NCBI GenBank assembly: GCA_964035545.1
Contig: OZ037769.1
Location: forward strand, 15,778,633-15,842,632
Origin: Bugula neritina
Taxonomy: Eukaryota; Animalia; Bryozoa
DNA: 64,000 nt
Reading direction: 5' to 3'
The position numbers and the translations under genes were made by a program. The notes beneath the pieces were generated by a model that was not told where the DNA came from, did no database searches, and saw only the letters and a program-made list of their open reading frames with translations. Below are positions 36,611 through 48,600 of this stretch, in pieces (position 1 is the stretch's first letter; every line of letters starts with the position of its first letter).

Positions 36611-39600
36611 ATGTCATTTAATATATTATTTTGGCTTATAGCCAATCGTCGCTCAGTTTTCATTTCATTTTTATTCATATTCATATCGTTTACCATATCC
36701 AAATCTACGTGCAATCTCCACTCAATCTTCAACAGCAACAATGGTAAGGATCAAACCATCGATGTTCTGTTTTTATTATAATGAGCATTTTTTTCTAGAC
36801 TCGTTAAACTATAACTAATACTATTACTAACTCCAAGTCTAACAGTAGGTAACTCAAACTGTAAGTGTAACTCAAACTGTAAGTGTAACTCCAAGCACAA
36901 GCTGAAAGCCTAAGGGCTAAGAGTAAGCCCAAGGGCTAAGATTAGGAGTAAAGATTAAGATATCTTGATGGTTAAACTAATACTTTTAATATTACTCTAA
37001 GTGTTGGTAACACAGTTCAACAGTAGCAGAAATAAATATAGTGATAGTTCATACTTATACTTATAGTAATGCTGATCTTGACAGTGATACTATAGGTATA
37101 AATATAATTAATAGTCACAGTCACACATATGTAATCGTGTCTATAGTTTTTGTCATACTCATCCTGAAGTGTGAAGATCTAGTTTCAAACTTAAGCTATA
37201 AGTTGAGCTTATTTATTAGCCTATTTATTAAGCCTATTGGACTTGGTGATCATAGTTTATTTAAACTAGCAAATGTGACAATCTAAGAAGTTTTATTAAA
37301 TACTACAGCAGTGTTTTTTATTACTGTAGCTCAATCTCCTATCAACTCGTGGCATATCGGCTGTTTCCAACTACAATCAAACAACAAGACATTGTTGGAA
37401 TATTTTGAGAGCTCAACAGAATCAAGTTTAATCTCGGAGTTTTACAGGAACTACAGCAGTGCTAAACCTCCCCCTGTCTATGGCTCACTACACTGTAACA
37501 GCTCAGGGCATGTTTATATAACACATATTTTAATAATGCTTCCACACTTGAAGTTATACTTTCAACTCTGAAGTTATGATTTGCTGTTTTTTACATGAGG
37601 GTTGCCAATTTGGATATTTTACGAAAGTCATAAAGGTTTTCCTAAAAGTAAATTAGTGTTTACTAAAAAAGCTAAATGAATGTATAAGCTTCTAGTAACA
37701 CTTTTTTAATTCATATTGAGTTGATCTAAACTAAAGCTTTTGAAAACAATTTAAAATGGTTTAATGATTTACAGTAAAGCTTTCACAGCAAGTTAACTAT
37801 TTATTGTAGTTTCTCTTTCATAGTAAGTTATCTTTATATTGTAGTTTCTCTTTCGTGGCCATTATTAACAGACAGAAGTTTTACTGTTTATCAAATTTGA
37901 ATGAACTACAGGAAGTGACTCAATATCCGTCACCACTGCCAGAGTCAGCTTGCTCTCTAAGGTTGGTCTTGGCATGTTATTTGCTGTCTGTTATTTGCTG
38001 TCTGTTGCGTAAATCACGGTAGAGAATTTTCAGTTTAACCATTGCAAGTGATTGTCAGGGTTTGGAATTCAATCGAATTTAAAGAGAGCTCGAAATAAGT
38101 TGCCAGGTTTTAGGATTCCCTCTCCTCCGTAAAGACTAATTTCCTTTTAAGTATTGGGAGTAGCCGATTATATTTCCCTTAGATTCCTTCATCAATCTTA
38201 ATTATGATGGAATTTAGCTCTTCTCTCTATTGCCTGTATATTGGACTGTGTCAGTTGGCTCCACCCACTGGGAAATACAGGAATTATATCTGCATAACTG
38301 TAAGAGTAACTGCCAGAGTATCTGGATTCCTTAGGGTCAGGCTGTACCATGATCTACTCGGTACCTTTTGTATACTATACTTCTTGTGTACATTGCTGTA
38401 ACTGGCTGGTTATAGTCTTTCAGGCTTCTCCTTAGACTTGTCTGAAATTTAAGTTGTAATAACATTATTTATAATAACGTATTTTAAAACAATATATCAT
38501 ACAAATCTGAGATATAATGTAATAATATGTATATAAGATAGTATAGCATTGTAATGTAACATAATGTATTGCATGTGATAGAGAAGTTTTCATTTCTCCT
38601 TAACTCTCTGTTAAGATATATATTAATTCACGCAAGAGTTCCCAGTAACTTCACACACTTCTGAACATGATGTGATTTTGGCTATAAATTTGAGTTTATA
38701 CAATTTTTCTAGAGATTGGCAGGCATTGTAACACTTTAAATAAAAGTCTTCAGATTCAGCTACTTAAAAATCTGCTTTAATTTAAAGCATTTTAATTAAA
38801 AAGCATACAAATGTAAGAAATTCAAGTTTCCAAATTAAATAAAATTGCATAAACAGTCTAAACAGTAGTTTGGCCAAGTTATAGCTCACTCTTGCTCACC
38901 ATCTCTCTAACTCTGTTGGATCTACTTTTTAACTGTTTAACTTATACTCATGTCCTAAACATGAAGTTTCCTGTTGAATTGTGGAAATCTTAAAAGATTG
39001 TATTACAGAGTTTTTACAGATTATATTGCTAGGCACTAACATGACCCATGCTATTGTTTCCACGTTACAGTTGGTATCGTAGCGTTTTATGTTTGTCTTA
39101 CAGCTGTGTTGACGCTAAATACATACCGTGCGGGAGTTACGACCACGTTCATGTTTCTATATACAGCAGTGCCAATGTTCCTCATATCCATAGCGCTACG
39201 TTCCACAAACCCAACCACCTGTTTACATATCGGGCAATAGAGCTCAAGGCTATTATTAACTTTAGTCATTTATATGGTAGGTATTACTATTACTCTTAAT
39301 ATAATAGTACTATCACTATGAGTGTTATATAGTACTAATATACTATGAGTATATTAGGGAGCAGCCGTGGTCTAGAGATTAGAGCATTTGCTTAGTGAAT
39401 ACGAAGTCATGGGTTCGAACCCCAGTAAAGACCATTGGTGATGTTAGGAAGAGCATCCAGTCATAATTGCTCCTGTGCCTCATTTGAACAAGTCCTTAGC
39501 CCAATTTAAAAAAACCTCTTCCATCAGGGGCTTTCTCACAGGGAGAGTGATTGTAAACTTGCACGAGTTTTTATGCTATGAGTATAGTATAGAGTAGTAT

Positions 39601-42600
39601 AACTATGAGTGTAGTTGGTACTATCACTATGAGTATAGTAGGTAGTATTACTATGAGTATAGTAGGTAGTATTACTGTGAGTAGGTCATAGTAACAGTAA
39701 TACACAGTAAACATGGAAAGAGGGTGTTAGTTTTCAGTGAATGCTCCATTGGTTTGCTATACATGTAGGCTTTGTCTCATGTGATGACAGTAGTGATTTA
39801 TACGTACCAGTAACTGTCTCTTCCCTTTTTGTCAGGCAGATAAATGGGCAAATTGTTTTAATTTATTCATTGTTGGCTTCTATTATAATAAAATACGCAT
39901 TAAAACAGTTGGATGATTTTTCGTTGGAAATTGGAGTTTTTACGTAAGCAATGTTGAGGAGATTGGCTAACCCACCCTTGCCATTAGAGGCTGCTATTAC
40001 TACCTTCAAAACTAGAGAGCAGTAGCTGGTGATGTCTTTTGTAATTGCTATTGCTAAGGCTATGTTGTGAGACATATTCATAGCCTAACTACAGCCCCTT
40101 ATCACAGGGGGATAACATGGTGATGTGCTGATGTATTGCAGGGCTGAACGTAATCAATGGAAGTGAAGCCGAATCTCGTCTCCCCGTCTTCTGCCTTTTC
40201 TCCGTCTCCAACAACTCGAGATCTCAGGCTATCGAGGTCAAGGACGCTGGAGATGACGGGGTGATTTCCTGTTCTACTGAATACCGTGTTTATACAGAAG
40301 GAGCGTATAATATTAGTGAGTCTTTATATATGATATATTCTACTAGGTATAATATATACTACTAGATTTAATAGTATATATAATATATTCTACTAGATAT
40401 AATGGTATATATGATATATTCTACTAGATATAATGGTATATATAATATATTCTACTAGATATAATGGTATATATAATATATTCTACTAGATATAATGGTA
40501 TATATGATATATTCTACTAGATATAATGGTGTATATAATATATTCTACTAGATATAATGGTGTATATAATATATTCTACTAGATATAATGGTATATATGA
40601 TATATTCTACTAGATATAATAGTATATATAATATATTCTACTAGATATAATGGTGTATATAATATATTCTACTAGATATAATGGTGTATATAATATATTC
40701 TACTAGATATAATGGTGTATATAATATATTCTACTAGATATAATAGTATATATGATATATTAATTGAAAAGGTAATTCTAGATGGTGTTTGTGTCGAAGT
40801 TATTTACAGTATCAGATTGACTTATGGTTGTTATGATTAATGGCTGGACCTTTTAAGATTATCTTCTAATTATGTTGTCTACTTGGCCAAACAAGTGACA
40901 TCATTTTGAGTATTTTTTGCCGGATTTTATGTCATTAGCTACTGGATCAGTGGTTAAAGCTAATGACTAGTACTATTAACTAATACTAGTCACTAGTACT
41001 AGTACTAGTGAAAACTACTAGGGACTAATTCAAGTTAGTAACATCAGTTGAGTGGTTTTAGTTGTGTATTATATTGGTAGTCCACCATGTTGGTTACTAA
41101 CCAATCAAAGCTACCCACTCATCACATGACATCATCTAGTGATCAGCTCTCTATGTTGACTGAGTCTCAATCGCTTTAACTCCTCTGAGTGAATTAAGAA
41201 TACAAGTTAATCTCGAACTCTCATTGCTAAACACTGGCTGAAGATATTAAGACATCATATATATCTTCAGGTGTCCAAATAACCACACCCTGGGAGAGTA
41301 GGGTTTTCCATCGCACATGGACGGTTGTGCATGAGGTACCGGATAACGCGGATATCCAGGTGCATCTACCTGAGTACCAACTGCCCACATGCATATCCAG
41401 TCAGGAGGAGCTGGACCTGACTGAGTATAAGAAGGCTGTGAAGGTTGGTAGTTGTAACTCACTCACTCACTCACTCACTCACTCACTCACTCACTCACTC
41501 ACTCACTCACTCACTCACTCACTCACTCACTCACACTCACTCACTCACTCACCCTTGTTGGCGTACATATTATAATAAATAGTGAAATGTTTTTTATTCT
41601 GCTTTCATTAGTTAATAAGTTTATTTTGGTATATTAAATCTTAAAATATAGAACTTTATATATTTTGTTATTGCTGTGAAGGTATACATAGACACGCCAA
41701 CACCGTTTAGAGCGTCTGTAGCTCAGGGTATCAATGTCACGTACTCCTGGAGTTTTGATAATCAGACCGATCAGGTCTTCCACACAGACTACCTCTCCTG
41801 TTACAGCCAGTGCTACGAGTCTACGGCAGTGAGTATTTTAAGCTTGCTGATTGGTCACTTCTGTTTCCAAAAGAATATACTGTACATTCGAGTGCTATCC
41901 TTTTTATCAACTTGCATTTTCTTTACTCTTACTTTTATTGTTTTTTTTCCCCTGGAAAATATTTCTCTATGTTGGTTATTTTATTTTTTATGTTATAAAA
42001 CAAAAGTTATAATATAGAAATTGAAATATAGTAATAGAAATAAAGTAATAGAAATATAGTAATAGTAGATTGCAGTGCTCCCTATACTCACCTAGTTTGA
42101 TTTACGATGCCATGTGTATGATATCTACAGTAATACTATCTCACTTTTCTGTAGGCCTACACGTTTGCCTCTCTCGGCATACACACTGTGCTGGTGAACT
42201 TCAGCAACACTTTTGGCTTCACTGAGTCTAGTCTCTCCGTGATAGTTGTGTCTAAAGACATCCAGAACGTGACGGTTACACCCCGCCGCCAACTCTTACT
42301 GCTGGGAGAGAGATCTGAGCTAATGTTCTCCGTCACCACTTCCTCTCGATACTTCACTCATATAGAGATTGACATGGGAGACGACTCCCCGCTCACCAGA
42401 CTCTCTCTGGTTGACAGAAGTATATCCGGTGCAGACGTATCTGCTGAGTATGTATCTAGTCTCCGCCTCTTACGGTCAGACAACTCCTAATTAGTGTTTA
42501 TTTGCTGTAATTATGTTTGTATAAAGGGGAGAGCTGATTTCAAACAGAGTATTGATTTAATATACTTTACGTCTACTGGGTTTTATTTTTATAAACTGTA

Positions 42601-45600
42601 AAAATCTACCTATTTTGTTTATGAGTTACCTACCCATGCATAATTTCTAGTTTTTTATATTGGCTTAATTTGTGAAATTATGCTTGTATAATCTTTTAGT
42701 TGAGTGAACTAGAAATATGTTTTGGGTTGGAGATCTCTTATAGTTTAGGTAGGTGCGTCTAGCCGTTTGCTGTGTGGGAGGCGTGTCTAGCCGTCTGCTG
42801 TGTTGTAGTGATGGACAGTTGCAGACGTACGAACAAGTGAGGTCGAGCTACGGAGTGGGGTGTGTGCTGGACTATGTCCACTACATCCTGTACCTGGACA
42901 GAGAGGGAACTTTTAATCTTACCTGGTCTGTCTTCAACAACCAGACCTTCTTCAACTCCTCACAGCCTATTCAGTACTCAGGTATGGCCTCAGTACCACC
43001 TGTACAACACTCAGGTGTAGCCTCAGTGCCACCTGTGGCATAGTTTAGGAATTGTTAGCCAAGTGAAGGTTAAACTAGTTTTTGGAAACAAGAAAGAAAG
43101 TGGTTACAAACATTTGTTTTTGTGAAATGAATCGTTTGCCTCATTTCCGTATGTCTTGTATGTTCTTAGTGTTAGCATTACAATGTATATGGTATACTAG
43201 AATATATATTATAATATAATACAATACGTTGCGATATATACTGTATATATACATCTAATATATTATAATGTAATATAATACAATACGTTGCACTGTATTA
43301 CATTCACACAGTGTACCGACGTATCACGGGACTCAAGTTTGACGGCCACGTGTCGTATGAAGTGGGAATGTCAGCTCGAGTTACTGCCTACTTCACTTCC
43401 GTGTCTCATATTCACACCACTCGCTGGACTCTCACTAACTCACTCACTCAGCAAGTTGTGTATAATGTGAGTTTGTTTCCTTCACCTTGTAGAGTGTAGA
43501 GTGTAGACTGTAGAGTGTAGAGTATAGACTATAGAGTTTAGAGTGTAGACTGTAGAGTGTAGAGTATAGAGTGTAGACTATAGAGTGTAGAGTATAGACT
43601 ATAGAGTGTAGAGTATAGAGTGTAGAGTATAGAGTGTAGAGTATAGACTATAGAGTGTAGAGTATAGAGTGTAGACTATAGAGTGTAGAGTATAGACTAT
43701 AGAGTGTAGAGTATAGAGTGTAGAGTATAGACTATAGAGTGTAGAGTATAGAGTGTAGACTATAGAGTGTAGAGTATAGACTATAGAGTGTAGAGTATAG
43801 AGTGTAGACTATAGAGTGTAGAGTATAGACTATAGAGTGTAGAGTATAGAGTGTAGAGTATAGACTATAGAGTGTAGAGTATAGAGTATAGACTGTAGAG
43901 TGTAGAGTATAGAGTGTAGAGTATAGACTATAGAGTGTAGAGTATAGAGTGTAGACTATAGAGTGTAGAGTATAGACTATAGAGTGTAGAGTATAGAGTG
44001 TAGACTATAGAGTGTAGAGTATAGACTATAGAGTGTAGAGTATAGAGTGTAGAGTATAGACTATAGAGTGTAGAGTATAGAGTATAGACTGTAGAGTGTA
44101 GAGTATAGACTATAGAGTGTAGAGTATAGAGTGTAGAGTATAAACTATAGAGTGTAGACTGTAGAATATAGAGTGTAGAGTATAAACTATAGAGTGTAGA
44201 CTGTAGAGTGTATACTTTAGAGTGTAGTCTACAGGGCAAAGACTATAGAGTGTAGACTTTAGAGTGTAGACTAGAAAATTTAGATTCTGTCAGGTGTGAT
44301 ATTGTAGAAATATAGTTTCCTTTTATGACATCACCCCCTGCTGCCATCTAAACAGCGAATTCTCTGCTACACGAGCTACAATAATCCCTCTGTGTTTGAC
44401 TAGGCTGTTATAAGTTCATATACTAATATCTCCTATCTCCTTTGCTGTGTAAATATATGCATAACAAGCATTACTTCTACTAGTTATGTATAACTATGTT
44501 AGCTATGTACTCATCTAATGTTCTTCCTCATATCTTTTTAATTACTCCAACATAATAAATTCTTGGTATACCAAATATTGTGTTTATTTCAACATTTTTG
44601 GAACTTTGGTTCAGTAATATCAACCAGCTATATTCTCTATTATTATTCTACAAGTTCTACACTATACTCTCTATTGTTATTCTACCAGTTCTACACTATA
44701 CTCTATTATTCTTCTACAGATATCTGGAGAGAGACTGGACACATTCACTCATATTATGAACGTCACTGGAGCTTACACTCTAGCCTGTGAGGTGTGGAAT
44801 GATGCCGATAGTGAGTATACACAGTCTGTCAACCCCCCCGTCCCCATCTTCCATGTCTTTTTAATATCGATTTATACATCTTTTCATGATCTAAATATAG
44901 CTGAAAGGTTCAGAGCTGGCATTAAAGTGATGAAATAGAAAATTTGACGCATTATAAAGAAATTTAGTTGGTAAAAGTTTGAAGTTTTCTAGCGTCTGGC
45001 TTTTTAGCACCCCAGCAAACTGAAACAGCACTGCTGTATATTTTCCGATCCTGCAAAGTGTTTGCCGAGAATTTTATCTCTAGGCAAAGTGTTTGGTGAT
45101 GTGGTTTTATAGTATGAAAATCAAGCGTTTATAAACTTTTAGTGTAATGATAATCATCAATTTTCTTTGAAAATTAAATCATTGTTCACAGTGTTCTAGC
45201 GTAGTGGATGTAAGATCAAAACAGATGCAGTTTATAACATTGATCAGTTTTCCATCACGTAAAATTAATGAAACAGATTTGTAATTTTACCTGCGAATAA
45301 AGTGTCTTCATGGAAATAGCCCTAGGAACAATATAAAAGGCGGTAGTTTTCTATATTTGGGTGAGACAACTCCATGGTGTTTGTATTACTCTACGTACAG
45401 TATATGCATTGTGTTGTCGTCATCTTCACAAACTGGTGCACTTCATTAGGAGGAGTTACGGGTGAGGTGGCTCTCCTGGTGACAGAGCGTCTTGGCTCCC
45501 TCACAGTCTCCACCTCTGATGACATCCTGCTTACCTCCACTCAGACTACGCACTCCTTCTCCGCTCTCCTGGAATCCGGGCTAGGCGCAGAGTTTGTGTG

Positions 45601-48600
45601 GAATGTGACGTCCCCCCGTAAGACCGCTGTACATAAATCCACCCAGAATCTCGGGCTAATGGCGAAGATGAACGTTACTTTTGTATACCCTGATGTCTAC
45701 ACCATATCGGTGAGTGTGAAACTCTGTAGATTTTATTTCTTATAGTTTGATTTAGACCAGTTCTCGGATGTAAAGAGGTTTGAAAAGCTTCTTATTTGAC
45801 ACCATCCTTGTGTGGTGGCAATTGAACACTGCATATACGTCTGAGTAGAATGTCATAACGTATTAAGTTTATATGCTTTGCTGCTACTTGCTGTTACCTG
45901 TTCATGTTTGTCATCCAACAGGTGCTTGCAAGGATTGGCAGTTCTGTGACACCTGTCAGGTTTGTTCGTAAAGTGAGCGTGTATGAGAAAGTGACACATG
46001 TCACGTGTAAAGCACCGAGTGAGCCGTCCTCTCCGTGCTCTCTCGTTGGATACGCCAAAACCGGGTCGAGTGTCAACATGGCGTTTCACTTCCCTTCCGA
46101 GACCCTCACTCAGCAGGCCGATAGTGACGAGGAGGTGAAGGTCACTCCTTCGACCTGCCCACCTGTCGGGTATGTTGCTCTATACGTCTGCTAGTCAGCA
46201 TCTCAACTCTGTATGTTATTCTATGTGGGTCATTTTATTTAATTTAGTGCACACTAATATCTCTATTTTTTAGCTATTTTTCACAGTTGAGCAGCTAATG
46301 TATATATTGTCTTTCATTAATCTGATAAGATATTAACAAATGCGCCTGAATAAACAAATTTTTTCTAATTTTACTTGATTTTCTATATTTTATCCTAATT
46401 TTTGAGTAATTTGCGTGTGCGGTGAGATGAAAAGAGCAAGAAACTATATGCTAAACTGTGAAAATTGGCTAAAAACTAGAGACATATAGTGTGTACTAAA
46501 TAAAGTAAAATGACCTATGTACGCTACTATATGTTACTGTATGTATGTCACTGTATGTATGACGTAACGTTGTAGGACACACACAGTGAGGCTGGTAGCT
46601 AGTAATCCCATCTCATCGTATGAAGTCAACTGTTCGCTGATAGTTCTGCCTCAAGTCTCAGCTGTGTCTGCAGACGTCACCAGCTCCCACCATATCCAAC
46701 TCGTGGCTGCTCTCTCTCCCACCTCAGGTAGGTTCTACAGTATATACATACAACTACTCTCTCCCACCTCAGGTAGGTTCTACAGTATATACATACAGCT
46801 ACTCTCTCCCACCTCAGGTGTGTTCTACAGTATATACATACAACTACTCTCTCCCACCTCAGGTGTGTTCTACAGTATATACATACAACTAGTCTCTCCC
46901 ACCTCAGGTAGGTTCTACAGTATATACATACAACTAGTCTCTCTCACCTCAGGTGTCTTATTATCAGCATAGCAAATGACTTTCTAATGCAACAAGGTGG
47001 CTAATAGTTGTATGTATTTAACTTTATTCTCACAAAACAAGCTACTGTAAATACTAACCATTATATATATGATATTTATTATATATACAATATATAATAT
47101 ACAATATAACAAAATAATATATATATAATATTTCACACGAAATGCTCAGTGGATCAGCTGAGTTATTGTATAATGATGTACGGTTTTCCTAGGAGGGGAG
47201 GTGACCGAACCAACAGAGGCTGTGTACATCTGGAAATATCTGGCCAATGGGGAGAAGGAACACATTTCTGTTCTGCCATTTGCTATGTTCAGTAGTTTGA
47301 CCTCAAATAACAGCGTAACTGCGTCTCTTCAGGTTGAGGGAATATATGGTTAGTCTTATGTTATATGTTGACTGTAATATATTATATGTTATATATTGAC
47401 TGTAATATACTGCATGTTATATATTGACTGTAATATACTGCATGTTATATATTGACTGTAATATACTGCATGTTATATATTGACTGTAATATACTGCATG
47501 TTATATATTGACTGTAATATACTGCATGTTATATATTGACTGTAATATACTGCATGTTATATATTGACTGTAATATACTGCATGTTATATATTGACTGTA
47601 ATATACTGCATGTTATATATTGACTGTAATATACTGTATGTTATATATTGACTGTAATATACTGTATGTTATATATTGACTGTAATATACTGTATGTTAT
47701 ATACTGACTGTAATATACTGTATAGGTGGCCAACTCTCTCTCACTCAAACCAGTTACCACGTCAACACACCACTGATCGATCACCCAGAAGTGGTCGAAC
47801 CAGGAAAGAATTTCTCTGTACAGATTAAGGTAAGCCTTGTATGATGGACGTTCTACTCTGCTACTATTATACTGTATAAGTATACTGTATGACTATACTG
47901 TATGACTATACTGTATAACTATACTGTATAACTATACTGTATTATTATACTGTATAACTATACTTTATTACTATATTTTATTACTGTATTGTTATACTGT
48001 CTACACACTGTCTATACTTTGTCTATACACTGTTTATAAACTTTCTATACACAGTCTATACACTGTCTGCTGTAGAACCTGGCTCTATACAGTTTCACAC
48101 ACCTGAACCTGCATGCATTTTCCACCAATTGCTCCTTTGACATAACCCCTGACAACACAGAGTACAGTTGCACTATCCACCCCTACGCTCCTGGCGTGTC
48201 TAAAGTAACCCTTACTGCTGGCACCGACTCCATCCACTCCTGGGTAGCAGCTGTTCCGCCACTTCCAAGCTCGGTGGTCATGATCTGCCCAAGTCATGTG
48301 ACCGCCAGCAGGTATTTATGTTACTCCTCTTTCTATTGGTCGGCTGTTGTTGTCCAGCAGTTGTTAGTAGTAAGTCTGAGACCTCCTTATGCTAACCTTC
48401 ACAGTGTTGTGTACTTTGTAACAGTATACAGTATAATGTAGAGAAAATGATGATGGCTGAAAGGCATTTATAGAACCATTTTACCTTTGGGAGTAATCTA
48501 TTATTCATACAGTTTAGAGTCTAGACTCTAGAAAATTCCAAAGTCTAGAATCTAGAATATTCTAGCCACGGTGTTTAGTTCGCATGTCCTCTAATCTCAT

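Noticed and set aside
47726-47829. Apparent in-frame TGA suggesting a PKD1L1 pseudogene or selenocysteine
   Set aside because: It disappears when exon 15 ends at 47348 (phase 1, G|GTTAGT) instead of 47332.
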